A stretch of DNA of 64,000 nucleotides from Porphyridium purpureum. Its lineage: Eukaryota. The stretch spans positions 496,001-560,000 of the forward strand of contig VRMN01000010.1 of NCBI GenBank assembly GCA_008690995.1. The letters are read 5' to 3'. The stretch's first letter is position 1, and every line of letters begins with the position of its first letter. The position numbers were made by a program, and so were the translations under genes. Below the pieces are notes generated by a model. The model was not told the origin of the DNA. It did no database searches and was given only the letters and a program-made list of their open reading frames with translations. Positions 1 through 10,685 of this stretch are shown here, in pieces.

Positions 1-778
1 TTTCTTCTTCGAACAGTATGCTGAGGTCGTTCGGATCCTCGATCGGATCTTTTTTCGGAACAAATGGCTCCACCTTTGGCTCCTCCTCGTACAGCCGCAT
101 TAGGTAATGGTCAAACATCATGTGTGGCCGCAAGAGTGGCCTACTGTGGAGCCACAATAAAGATCCGACCAAAGTGCGCCAATCGTCCGCACGCGTGCCG
201 GCTAGCTGGCAAAAGACCAACGCCTGTGTGGTATTATTGAAAACCTGTGTTTCGAGATCTGGTGCATCGACTTTCTTTCTTGTCAGTTCCTGCATTACAT
301 GCCTTGACATGAGCAAGCCGCGCGCTCCATTCAAGCCATTACGAAACGCGTACGTGGTCGGATACACTGCAAGCTCATTCCCAAGCTTTATCATTCGGTC
401 GAGTTCCTTCTTGCGCTTGCTGTACGGCGGCCCTGGATCCCTGCTCTCAAATTGATCCACTTTTTCACGAAAGCCTCGATCTCGTTCAAAGTACCGCAGT
501 GATTGGATCAGATGCTTCCTCCGAATTCCCTCTGGCTGTCGATTTGCCCACTTTTTCGAAACCTTGGTTGCTTCAAAAGAGTCCTTCCAAACATCCGCAT
601 ACGCACCTCCACTCATCAGCTCCGAGTACTCCTTTCCATCGAACACAACGCCGCGGAATCCTTGCCGGCCGCGCCGAATCTCGAAGCAAGCCTTCTGTTC
701 TAGCTTGATCCTCGCAACGGACGCGGCGTCGCGACCAATCATAAACGTCTTCGCCGCGCTCCACTGACTCGGGCGCAT
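1..778 (-). CDS. Unknown protein, tandem paralog of the gene at 934-1932; 3' end outside window
   Basis: Manual translation (absent from ORF track because it has no stop in the window): MRPSQW...KACFEIRRGRQGFRG...YPTTYAFRNGLNGARGLLMS...VFNNTTQALVFCQLA...HMMFD...DLSILFEEE, collinear with the neighbouring ORF. Start codon uncertain. Confidence 0.8.
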   Translation of the reverse strand, partial: MRPSQWSAAKTFMIGRDAASVARIKLEQKACFEIRRGRQGFRGVVFDGKEYSELMSGGAYADVWKDSFEATKVSKKWANRQPEGIRRKHLIQSLRYFERDRGFREKVDQFESRDPGPPYSKRKKELDRMIKLGNELAVYPTTYAFRNGLNGARGLLMSRHVMQELTRKKVDAPDLETQVFNNTTQALVFCQLAGTRADDWRTLVGSLLWLHSRPLLRPHMMFDHYLMRLYEEEPKVEPFVPKKDPIEDPNDLSILFEEE

Positions 779-933
779 CGTTTTGGACTCGAGCGGTGGA
801 GCAGTGTTGGCCGCGCGCTGCAGGGCACCGCGCACAAGCGCTCCCTCCGCAGTCCGACCGCGTCGAAGCCTTCGACCGGCGCCGCGGACACAACACCCTC
901 CTAAATCTCTTTTATTGCCGGCCGCGACAGGCG

Positions 934-1932
934 CTAATCGCGGTCCGGATGAAATACTTTTCGCTCCCCCGCGGCGTATGCGACCTCTTCTGAATCGGAG
1001 CGAGGGCTTCCGTGGTCTTGCCCTTGCCCATGCATCGCTTCGCTCTCCGTGTCGCCCGCAGCAGACGACGAAGCGTCGTCGTCGAAAAGGATGCTCAGGT
1101 CTTCGAAATCTGCCATGGTGTCGCGGGGAATCACGATTGGCTCCCTGGCGGGCGTGTCGTGACGGAATCGAATGAGAAACTTGTCGAACATGACGTGCTG
1201 CCTTAACGCTGGATGCCGCGCGAAGTAGACCGCCGAATCTAATAAGGTGCGCCAGTTCTCTTCACCCGTCTCGGCCAGTTGGCAATAGACCAGCGCCTGT
1301 GTAGAGTTGTTGAATACTTCGTGCTCGATCGACAAAGCGTAATGTCGCCGCATCACCTCCTCGAAAATCCGGTCAGACATCAAAATGCCTCGCGCTCCGT
1401 CTGCGCCGCGGCGAAATGCGTACGTCAACGGATAACACGAGATGTAGGATCGCATTTGACGCTTCAGAGCATCAGCATTTCTGTACTCCGCATCCTTTTT
1501 GAAATACGCTAGCGTACTCTCCAGCTTCATTTTCTTCAATCCGTGTGGCGGCTTCTCGGCCCACGTGGGGTCGACGCATGTTTTGCCACTGGGATCATCC
1601 CACGTGATCCTATTTTCGAATAGCGCCATGCATTCGTCATTTCCCCAAGCCGGTCCCCGGAACCCGTTGTGTCCTCGCCTGATCTCAAAGCACGGTTTGT
1701 GGATCACCAGCAGTTTTTCTTTTGTGTCTTCAGTGCGAGCGGCCCTCAGCTCCGCTTTCCTCCTAGCCTGGTACTCTTTGTACTGCCGAATCTTTTCGGC
1801 ATGCCGCGCACGGTCAAACGATCCGAAAGGTCTTTGCTTTGCGAGCACCGCGCTCACGTGAAGCCCACGCTGCCGCATGTTCGCTACGGCAGCCGTCAGT
1901 CTACCGCCACATGAGCCCATGGAGCATGACAT
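934..1932 (-). CDS. Unknown protein, possibly mitochondrion-targeted
   Basis: Long ORF (first ATG at 1932) with Arg-rich N-terminus (RGLHVSAVLAK); conserved blocks shared with the adjacent paralog confirm it is coding. Confidence 0.8.
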   Translation of the reverse strand: MSCSMGSCGGRLTAAVANMRQRGLHVSAVLAKQRPFGSFDRARHAEKIRQYKEYQARRKAELRAARTEDTKEKLLVIHKPCFEIRRGHNGFRGPAWGNDECMALFENRITWDDPSGKTCVDPTWAEKPPHGLKKMKLESTLAYFKKDAEYRNADALKRQMRSYISCYPLTYAFRRGADGARGILMSDRIFEEVMRRHYALSIEHEVFNNSTQALVYCQLAETGEENWRTLLDSAVYFARHPALRQHVMFDKFLIRFRHDTPAREPIVIPRDTMADFEDLSILFDDDASSSAAGDTESEAMHGQGQDHGSPRSDSEEVAYAAGERKVFHPDRD

Positions 1933-2479
1933 GACAGTCCGCCCGAGCAAAATGCGCCCGACGGACTCGTTGAATCCAGCGGGGTCAAGTTTACTCCCTG
2001 CGCATGTACCATGTATTCATCCACGAATCCGTCGTGAAGTTTCATCGCCTGGACAACGCAACATGTCGGATTGCCGTGGGACAAAGTGCGTACGGAATGG
2101 TTTACTAATCCTTGGAACTATGTGCTACAGGTCAGACATACTGATCCGGACACACGTACGTATCTACACTACTTGCACGCGCGCTTTCCCATAACTATCC
2201 TTTTTACCAGACGCGCCGTCACACTTGCGCTGGCCGGGAGCTCACCCGCGTAATCGGGATGAGTCCAATCGCTTGCTGACAACCACACGGACAGACGCAA
2301 ACAAAAAACCACCTGAATTGGGACATTATCATATTCACAGAGCCTCCTCCGTGGTGTGCGAGAATTATGCAAGAGAGAACGTTCGCTTGGCTCGGCGTTC
2401 CGGATCACAATCTTGCTCGTAATCGGTCCACACGAGCGGCACTGCCAGGACACCTTCTCTCTACCATTCACTCCTGCTT

Positions 2480-3127
2480 TTAGGCTTCGCATTCCAAGCT
2501 CGACGGCGCATTTGAGAAAATCATTGCCCCAGTCTCACTCGCGGCGGTACAAGAGGGAGTGTTCTGAACAGCGCAAGCAACGAGCTCTTCGACCTTCTGG
2601 TTCAAACATTCCTCTGGCGTCTGTCCTCCAGTTTCTGCGTTCTCGCAAGACACAAACGAGGCTAATTCAGAAGTGCAACCAGAACCCGGCTGGGCGAGCT
2701 CGTAGACACAGGACGCAAACTGGCAGTCATGCAGTTTAGGCAAGCAGGCTTCAGAGCGCGTTGAGCAAGGAAGGTCGTCTCCGGAGAGACATGTCAACTC
2801 GGCGCGAATCTCAGTCACACAAGGTGTACCAGCAAGGCACGAATCCTCGTACAAATCTGTCAAAAGACAACCGGGCGCGCCGTCCGCTGGATTATTTGCA
2901 TTACAAACTCCGACCTTGGCCAGCGCGCCCGCGCCGCACTCAGTCACCCACATGCCCACCAGTCCAGTGATAAAGTCCGTATAGTTTGCCACATCCGACA
3001 ACGCTCCCGCGTCGTTCAGGCAAGCAAACACTGCTGCCGACTCATTGTCACACTGTGCCGCCGCTCGGAACGTCACAAATGCCACGGCTCCTGAGAGCAC
3101 AGCCAAGAACCAAGTGGTCAGCCGCAT
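2480..3127 (-). CDS. Secreted cysteine-rich protein (~215 aa)
   Basis: From ATG 3127: signal-peptide-like MRLTTWFLAVLSGAVAFVTFRAAA, then an acidic region with many Cys in recurring C-x-x-E-x5/6-C spacing. The upstream part of the 393-aa track ORF overlaps the shikimate gene and is probably not coding. Confidence 0.7.
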   Translation of the reverse strand: MRLTTWFLAVLSGAVAFVTFRAAAQCDNESAAVFACLNDAGALSDVANYTDFITGLVGMWVTECGAGALAKVGVCNANNPADGAPGCLLTDLYEDSCLAGTPCVTEIRAELTCLSGDDLPCSTRSEACLPKLHDCQFASCVYELAQPGSGCTSELASFVSCENAETGGQTPEECLNQKVEELVACAVQNTPSCTAASETGAMIFSNAPSSLECEA

Positions 3128-3461
3128 CCTTTCCTTCGCTGTCGCCAGAGGCGTCGGCCTCCTCAATATCCAGTTTCTTCTCTTTCGCCTCACAAACACC
3201 CTTGGTCTCAATCTTCGTCGCCGCTCCGCTTTTTTTGAGTTGCCTGTTTGCCACGCCTCCGCCAAAGCGCCGGCTGGCATCCACGGAGCAAAGCACGTTT
3301 TATACCTCGTGCGCGACTTCACAGGCTTTACACCAGCGCTCGCTTGCACCTGGAACCCACGCACTTCCTGCAAATGTGATTTGTGCACACCGACGTGGCC
3401 ACCAAATCGTGAAGGCAAGTTCGGAATGATGCATTCGAGACAGTTCCGGCTGCATGCTCCG

Positions 3462-5084
3462 TCACCGCGCGCTGAGAATGGCATTGCGCATGAGATTCCG
3501 AAGTTGGTCGGCGTGCGACTCGAGTTCCGGGTTCCACAGAATAAACTGAAGGACTGCCTGGCCAACAAACATCTCGAGGCCGCTGACCACGGTACAGCCG
3601 CAGTTCTTTGCCTCGCGCAGAAAGCGCGTCTCAAGCGGTGCATACACAGAGTCAAACACAATCATGCCCGCTCGAAGCAGCGACGCATCCAGCGGGGTCT
3701 CATCGGCGTTGGGACTCATGCCAACACTCGTCGAATTGATGATAACATCCACGTCGGCAGTCGAGGTGGAGCTACTGGCGCTTCCTTTGTCTGTGACATC
3801 TATGGCGGCAACAGAGCACTTGTGCGTCGATGCAAAGGGGAGTATATCGGACACGAGCTGGTGCGCACGGGACATCGTCCGGTTGGTAATGAACACACTA
3901 TGCGCACCCCGTGCGATAGCTCCGTAAGCCAGTGCCTTCCCAGCTCCCCCGGCGCCAATCACTAAAACCCGCTTCCCTTGAAGCGACCCAGCTCCCGCCG
4001 CGCCCGCTGCCTGCTCAATCGCGTCCATGGCCGCGGTCCAGTCTGTGTTGTATCCCTTCTTCGAGCCGTCGGGGCGAATCACAACCGTGTTCATGGCGCC
4101 GATCTGGCGCGCAACGTCATCCATCTCGTCCATGAGCGACATCACATTCTCCTTGTGCGGAATCGTGACTGAAAAGCCGCGAAAACCGTATTGACTCCCG
4201 CGCTGCACAACGTCTTTCAATGTGAGCTGGTCGTCGCTCTTTATCAACACTGGGACATAGCACGCGTCAACGCCCAGGCGGTCAAATCCAGCATTATGCA
4301 CAAGGGGAGACTTACTGTGTTGTACCGCGTTTCCGATCACACCGTACAACTTGGACTCGCGACCCAGCCTTCCAAAGCGATACATACCTTTCAGTTCGGC
4401 AATGGCGAGCTGCCCGGGTGCGCTTTCTTTGCCGCTCAGCAGCGAACAGAAGGAAACGAATGCGCCAAATTTGGGCGCGAGAATCCGCGAGATCTGTCCA
4501 TGCGGACCCATACCCAGCGCGGCTGTCTTTAGCGGTGGGCTTGCCGCTAAGAGATCGAAGAGATCGAATGTTTGCGACACACTCTCACACATCATGGCGA
4601 TTTTTGCGACATCAGCACCAGCACGGCACATGCGCGCGTAGACCTCGGAGAGTTCGTCCTTGCTCAAGTTCTTCTGAAAGTCGTGGTACGATACGATGAG
4701 CGCAGCTCTCTTGTCCATCGTGGCACGCATCGGGAGATACGTTTCGATCGCCTTGAGCTCCACGTCCACAAACTCGGCGCCCGCGGCTTCGGCATGGATC
4801 AGCAATGCCAGACGGTCCTCTTCGCTCAACGTCGAGTTCCCGCCTTCCCATGCCGCGCGGTTGGTTACAATGCATGGTGTTCCTCGCGGTCGATTACCCA
4901 CCACATACTGCACCACTTGCTTTGCCACGTCCAGCTCTCCGGCAAACAAAACGGGCGAAGGGAACATGTAGTCGATGCGGATCTCCACAACATCCGCACC
5001 CAGAGACGCCGCTTGTTCCATCTCGGCAATGCACGAGGCGGCCGTTGCCGCTGTCACGCTCACACATGCCAATGTCCCATTCAT
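3462..5084 (-). CDS. aroDE: Bifunctional type I 3-dehydroquinate dehydratase / shikimate dehydrogenase
   Basis: EIRID, IVSYHDF, AKIA, SAPGQ (DHQase I); HSKSP, SVTIPHK, GAMNT, NTD, GAGGAG, NRT (shikimate dehydrogenase). Confidence 0.95.
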   Translation of the reverse strand: MNGTLACVSVTAATAASCIAEMEQAASLGADVVEIRIDYMFPSPVLFAGELDVAKQVVQYVVGNRPRGTPCIVTNRAAWEGGNSTLSEEDRLALLIHAEAAGAEFVDVELKAIETYLPMRATMDKRAALIVSYHDFQKNLSKDELSEVYARMCRAGADVAKIAMMCESVSQTFDLFDLLAASPPLKTAALGMGPHGQISRILAPKFGAFVSFCSLLSGKESAPGQLAIAELKGMYRFGRLGRESKLYGVIGNAVQHSKSPLVHNAGFDRLGVDACYVPVLIKSDDQLTLKDVVQRGSQYGFRGFSVTIPHKENVMSLMDEMDDVARQIGAMNTVVIRPDGSKKGYNTDWTAAMDAIEQAAGAAGAGSLQGKRVLVIGAGGAGKALAYGAIARGAHSVFITNRTMSRAHQLVSDILPFASTHKCSVAAIDVTDKGSASSSTSTADVDVIINSTSVGMSPNADETPLDASLLRAGMIVFDSVYAPLETRFLREAKNCGCTVVSGLEMFVGQAVLQFILWNPELESHADQLRNLMRNAILSAR

Positions 5085-5206
5085 CTTATTCACCCTTTGT
5101 CTTTCTCGCTCTCGCTCTCTCCCTCTCCCTCGGTGTCGATCGCTTCTGTGTCGCCGACGTCGACCGATCTAAATCTCGCGCGTGCAAGCAATCGGCAGCG
5201 CCCATT

Positions 5207-8200
5207 TTAATCTTCGAGTTGGTGCTGCGCGTGCAAAGTGCGCAGACGATGGACAAGCGCGTCGCATCTCTGGATAAGCGCGTCGCGGTGTTCGGCCTGC
5301 GCAGTGCCGTCAGCACAAACAGAGACGGCCGGTGTTTGGTCACATCCGACAATCCACAGCCGCTTCACAAGCAGACGGTTCGCGCGAGACTGGAGCACCA
5401 CCTCGGCCGCGGGCGGCAGGCTTGCTATCGCGTCGGTGCTTGATATAAACAGCTCTGCGACGAGTGAGTATGTATCTAGCAGATCAGGGTCGGCACAGAC
5501 TTGGTCGCGGCAAACCAGATGGAAGCCGCATTCGTGGGTCGACATGCCCTGAGTGTCGCGCAGAGCGCTCGTTACCTCGCTGTCCTCGGTAATCAGGAGA
5601 GCCCTGTGCTGATGCCCCTCATCATGAGCCTCTTGTTCATTGTCTAAAATGAAATCAAGGAGCGGTGGAAGGCTGCGGCATACTTGGCGGAGCATGGTTC
5701 GGATACACGCCACCACTGTTGCCAAGTCGACACGGCTTTCGTACTCGGATTGCGCGGCGGCCAAAAACGCGAACGCGCGCGCGTATCCGTGAGACAGCAG
5801 GAAGTCTTGGGCAACACGAGTAAGGTAAAGCAGCAGCATGCGCTGCACATCACGTTCCGGGTCTAGGTTCTGCGCGCGAAGTCGCTGGATCTCGGCATGG
5901 CCGATGAAAACCAAGTGCTCCGCCAGCCGCTCCAGCCCGCGTTTTAGATTCGCTGCGGGAATGCCACTCAGCTTGCTAGGTGACGACGAGCTTGGCAGCT
6001 GAGCTATTAACTCCTCTCGCAGGATATCGTCAAGCGCCTGCACTGACTCTGCCGCGCGGCAGGGAAATCTGCACACACTTGATGCACCGTACCTCTGAAA
6101 GAACTCCATGACAGCATCGTTCGAACTGAACAAGTGGACCGCATCCACCGTTCGTACTTTCGCCTGGGAGAAAAGTATGTCTTGCTCAAGGCCTGAGCTA
6201 CCGTTCATGAACATGGACAAGGTGCGAACATTTCTCAATTGCGCTAGCCAAGCCCATGCTTCAAGTACCCGCTCCGATGTACGACTCTCGAAGCTGAAAA
6301 ACGGATGGCAGCCGCTTGTAAAATCCGCAATGATGGTCTCGTAGGAAAAGTTGAGAGTTTGCAGTCGACTGAGTGCGTGTTGTAGTTGCGAAAAATCAAC
6401 ACAATACACTTGGTGGACAGCATTCTGGCCGTTGTTCTGAATGGACCTCGCCGGACAGCATAGGTCGGTCCATTTAGTGACACGAATCTGAGCGCTCGCA
6501 TCCGATCGACAAGAGGACAGAAAGGCTTGAAGAAACGCAATGGCGTATGGCCCAAAGCTTTCGGACCCAAGATGCCCGACCCAGAGCGAAACTAGGCGAT
6601 CCTTACGATTTGAATTAAAGCGACTCTGCGTGTCGATCGCGCACTGATTCAGCAACACACCGGCAAGAGTCAGCATATCCAGGAGCGCCGGTATAAGAAC
6701 CACTGCACGCCCACCAACTAGTGTGGAGACAAGGTCCGAGTGGAAGCGATCACTAGATGTTGACGCGTCACAATCACGAAATGCGCAATCTTTCGCCATG
6801 ATTCTCTCTGCATGCAAGCATGGTTCGCGAAACTCTAAATTTGACACCGTCTCCAACATTTCGAGGGGGTCCGAGATGACTCGACATGCCTGAAGTAATG
6901 AATCACATGCGAATGTGACTGGAGCGTTAAGGTCCAGATCCAAACCCGATGGAACTACCGATTTGAGATCGTGCTCCCGCGAAGTTTGAGTAGATGCAGA
7001 CGCTGTTCGACGTGTATAAAGAGGAGAGTCTTGTCTTGGTGGAATCCTTCTATCAGCAGCATCGGAATCTGCACCTGGCGGGCCATCGAATGAAAGGGTC
7101 CAGCTCTTGATAGATTTAGATTCCTCTGCCGCTATTATTCCTTTTGGAAAAGAATGGTACCGTTTCTGATGCTCAGAAGAGAAGATGCACCAAAGCAATG
7201 CCTGCGATACATGCCTCGTGCGATTCTTTCCACTCGATCGAGCTACGGGAAGCACCGTTCGGTACTGAGCCAACGGTTTTAAGTACTCTCTCTCGTGAAA
7301 GAAAAGAACATTTTTGGCCCGGCGACGACGTGATTGCATTTTCTCCAAGGTTGAAGGGAAAACCATCTTGACGCTCTGCTTCACAATCGAAACCGCAGCA
7401 CCGGCAAGCTCCCTAGGAGACGCCTCTGGGAAGCCAAATCTTCTGTGCGAAATGAGGCTCGCTGCAGCCGAGCGCACCGATGAGCAAATAGGGACGGTAG
7501 CCGAATCCACGCTATCCCATTCTTCTAGTGACATCTCTGGTATACTCAGATCGGCGCCTCTGCTCCCAAGGTCTACGCTTTCACCGCAGATGATCAAAGC
7601 AAGCCATCTCGGTACCTTGATTTTGTGGTGCAACGCAAAGTCAACCAGAATTGTGACGCAGCGCTCTTCAATCGCACGAATGCTCTTCGTATCGATCACA
7701 CGTCGCGCTTTCGACACGCGCGCAGTCCAATGATCAGAAAGAAACTTGGTCTGTGCAGTGACCACAAAGCCGGCATACATCGTGCTCACAGGAGAGTTTA
7801 CCATGGCAAGCAACAAACACCCATTCTCCCCATCCACATCCTGGTGCAGAGTGGGAACGAACTCGGTGGTGCCATTTCCGAGGTCGCAGAGCCGTGAACG
7901 AGAGAAGAGCGCAATTGACATGGGCATATCTTGAGAGAAAACACTCCACAGTCGTTTCTCGTGGGCATGCACCCGGTGGATAACACGAGCCGGCGCTGCA
8001 CCTGACAGAGAAGCAAGTCTGCATTTCGGCAGTAGCGGGAGATGGATTTCTCCAAGAATTGACTCAGTGAACGATAATTTCAACTCTTGGTCATTTGGCT
8101 GCTTTCGTGGAGCGCGCCAAAGCAGTTGAACGGGAAGCTCCGGCGCTTGATTCACTCTCCCCGTGGCCCGTGCATTGCCGTGTCGTGCAGCAACCTGGTC

Positions 8201-8296
8201 ACCTGCTGACCGTGCTGGGTGACGAAAACTAGCTCGCTTGGGCATTCTTGATGCCAAGTCAAATTTAGGCCGCCTGTGGTTGATCGTTCGTTGCAT
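5207..8296 (-). CDS. Large protein of unknown function (~1030 aa)
   Basis: Uninterrupted 3.1-kb ORF; no confidently recognised domain. Confidence 0.7.
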   Translation of the reverse strand: MQRTINHRRPKFDLASRMPKRASFRHPARSAGDQVAARHGNARATGRVNQAPELPVQLLWRAPRKQPNDQELKLSFTESILGEIHLPLLPKCRLASLSGAAPARVIHRVHAHEKRLWSVFSQDMPMSIALFSRSRLCDLGNGTTEFVPTLHQDVDGENGCLLLAMVNSPVSTMYAGFVVTAQTKFLSDHWTARVSKARRVIDTKSIRAIEERCVTILVDFALHHKIKVPRWLALIICGESVDLGSRGADLSIPEMSLEEWDSVDSATVPICSSVRSAAASLISHRRFGFPEASPRELAGAAVSIVKQSVKMVFPSTLEKMQSRRRRAKNVLFFHEREYLKPLAQYRTVLPVARSSGKNRTRHVSQALLWCIFSSEHQKRYHSFPKGIIAAEESKSIKSWTLSFDGPPGADSDAADRRIPPRQDSPLYTRRTASASTQTSREHDLKSVVPSGLDLDLNAPVTFACDSLLQACRVISDPLEMLETVSNLEFREPCLHAERIMAKDCAFRDCDASTSSDRFHSDLVSTLVGGRAVVLIPALLDMLTLAGVLLNQCAIDTQSRFNSNRKDRLVSLWVGHLGSESFGPYAIAFLQAFLSSCRSDASAQIRVTKWTDLCCPARSIQNNGQNAVHQVYCVDFSQLQHALSRLQTLNFSYETIIADFTSGCHPFFSFESRTSERVLEAWAWLAQLRNVRTLSMFMNGSSGLEQDILFSQAKVRTVDAVHLFSSNDAVMEFFQRYGASSVCRFPCRAAESVQALDDILREELIAQLPSSSSPSKLSGIPAANLKRGLERLAEHLVFIGHAEIQRLRAQNLDPERDVQRMLLLYLTRVAQDFLLSHGYARAFAFLAAAQSEYESRVDLATVVACIRTMLRQVCRSLPPLLDFILDNEQEAHDEGHQHRALLITEDSEVTSALRDTQGMSTHECGFHLVCRDQVCADPDLLDTYSLVAELFISSTDAIASLPPAAEVVLQSRANRLLVKRLWIVGCDQTPAVSVCADGTAQAEHRDALIQRCDALVHRLRTLHAQHQLED

Positions 8297-8320
8297 GCAC
8301 ACAAAACTTAAATGATAGCA

Positions 8321-9780
8321 TTAGCAATCTGCCACCTTGAAGAACCAAGCGGCCCTTTCCATTGCGAATCGAACTTCGAGAACAAACCTTTCCAAAGCCG
8401 GTTGAGCACTGGCGCGCAGCAAGTGCGCTCCCTCCACGGCGCCGTCACCAGACTCGCCGACATAGTCGTATGGCCGCACCGCGGTCTCCCACTGCGCACG
8501 CTTCACGCACTTTCTCGAGCCCAAGACATCCCGACTCGCCGTCCTAAGCCTCTTTTTTCCGAGCGAACCGAGATGTGATGCATTACCCCGGTTGGGAAAG
8601 GCACGGTCGCCATTGCATCCATCCCCCGTTTGCTTCTGCTCGTCTCGCCGCCCTTCCACAGGCTCGACAGTCGCGGTGGCGTGTTTATGCTCTCTTCCGG
8701 TGGCCGAAAGAACGCTTGGACGAGTCCCCAATGAAAAGTGACCCCAGTAGTTCCTCTCCATTTGTCCGGTAGCCAGCGCTGCAACGCCCTATCTCCTTCA
8801 CCGCCAATGGCGTCCGCCTCGTGCGTCGACGCTCGCGTGTAGCCGCTCGCGTCGTGCTCAACTTGCAAGCAAATTGCAGAACCATTCTTGGAGGTGCGGC
8901 GTGTGAACTTTGCTGTGCTTTTGTGGTGTCGGCTGTGATGATCTCCTGATGAAGTGCATGCTTGATTTGCAGCCGTTGTACACACATCACTGCGCGATTC
9001 ACAAGCTTCTCAAACGCGTCGGTCGGCGACAAAACGCCGAGCTCTATGGTTCTGGAAGCCACGGGAAATTCTGGCCTCGTCTCAGCCAAGGCAGATACAT
9101 TTTGAGCCAGAGGTTATTTTCCATTTTTCAGCGTCTCCCCTCGTCCGCCGCTCGCGAAGGGTTAAAGAACTGGCCGGCAAGATAACGCGCATCCTGTGCC
9201 AGCCACCCGTATTCCGCGTGCGAGCTGAAGATTCGTCGACAGACAGAGAGAAATAGCATGTTTCGTGGCGATGGGCTTCTCTCTGGAAACACCTCGCACA
9301 CTCTCGTCGAACACGCCGGTCCAATCAAGTGCGACAGGCGCACTATAGATATTCACAAGTTAGTATTGAAGTTTTTCGACAGCTCCAATACGTCGACGTT
9401 GAGCAGAATCACGTGACACCATGTACGGCCACTACTTTCAGAAAGACCGTTCAAGATTCACTTCCTGTCAAGTTGGAAGCCTTTTCCTCCCTCACCACCT
9501 TTGTGTCCTTCCGCCGATAACCTGCAAGACGCGCGGTTTTGAACCGCCTGGCGCATCAAAAATCTGGCCGTCATCAACGACGCCCTCCAACACTTCAACA
9601 CCCAGTGATTTTCAGTCCAACGGAGCTTCTTCGTCTCACCTTTCCACTAAGCCATCACTCTATACGCGGCTTGCGCCAAGGGCCGGTACTTCTATCGGCA
9701 TTCGCATCAGCAGCTCTGCAGTTCTCCATCGAGTCGCCCACTGCCCTTGTCTGCTGCGGATCCGTCACGCAGGGAGCTCG
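8321..9780 (-). pseudogene. Possible decayed coding sequence
   Basis: Chain of short protein-like ORF fragments on the minus strand (8321-8761, 8685-9089, 9162-9356) separated by stops, in a 1.5-kb gap of an otherwise gene-dense region. Confidence 0.25.
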
Positions 9781-10064
9781 CACATCAAGACCAGAACAAA
9801 CGTCATCTTTATATCTTAAGGATGAAACTATTTCATCCTTACCTACTTAAAGATGTCTATCTGTCATTATTCAACTGAAAGATGTCAATAATACATCGTT
9901 TAATAATATTTTCATCATTTTATTCAAAATGGAATCTTGGAAACTGTAATAATGACATTGCAATGCGGATTCCTTTTTTTTGTGTTTTTGTAGGTGCGAT
10001 GGTTTGACGGAGGTGGACCAGCGCGAGAAGGAAGAGATAGAGAGAGAGAGATAGAGCAACGCGG

Positions 10065-10685
10065 ATGAAAGGCATGATGAAGGAAGCAGGACACGACCTA
10101 TGGGATAAATTCACGATTCTGCACATGCAGCAGCCTCGCGGCTCGCGGGCGCGGCAGTGGACAAGTCTCGTGAAGCCGGTGGGGCCCGAGGTGAGCACGG
10201 TTGAACAGTTCTGGAGCATTTACAGCCGACTCGCCAAGCCTGATAGTTTGCCGCATGGCGTGAACTATTTTGTTTTCCGCGGTGGGATTATGCCGTACTG
10301 GGAGGATCCTGGCAACGAAGGCGGAGGGCGCTGGACCCTCCGGCTCAAGAAGGGGCTCGCGACGCTGGCATTTGAAGAGTTGGTGCTTGCGTTGCTTGGT
10401 GGGAGCATACCAGAAGGCGATCAAGTGTGTGGCGTAGCGATCAATATACGTCTGCAAGATGACCTCGCATTTGTTTGGACAAAGCAGCAACGCGATAGCC
10501 ATGGAGTCTACCTAGACGAGCTTTTCAAGGATGTGATCGGCGAGTGCGTGTATTCCCAGTCGAAGCCGTGGACGTATCGAAGCCATTCCAGCGAGCAACA
10601 GCAGGCATCGACTCGCGATCCCCGTCAATTTCGTGCCGGCAATGCCACGGGCTCTGCAGTTCCTAGTCAAGGCACTTCGGCGTAA
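10065..10685 (+). CDS. eIF4E-family cap-binding protein, class II (4EHP/nCBP-like)
   Basis: STVEQFWSIYS, FRGGIMPYWEDPGNEGGGRW, EELVLALLG, VCGVAINIR motifs. Confidence 0.9.
   Translation: MKGMMKEAGHDLWDKFTILHMQQPRGSRARQWTSLVKPVGPEVSTVEQFWSIYSRLAKPDSLPHGVNYFVFRGGIMPYWEDPGNEGGGRWTLRLKKGLATLAFEELVLALLGGSIPEGDQVCGVAINIRLQDDLAFVWTKQQRDSHGVYLDELFKDVIGECVYSQSKPWTYRSHSSEQQQASTRDPRQFRAGNATGSAVPSQGTSA

Noticed and set aside
3045..3965. 306-aa + strand ORF and other medium ORFs antisense to clear genes
   Set aside because: Shadow frames of well-supported opposite-strand genes.
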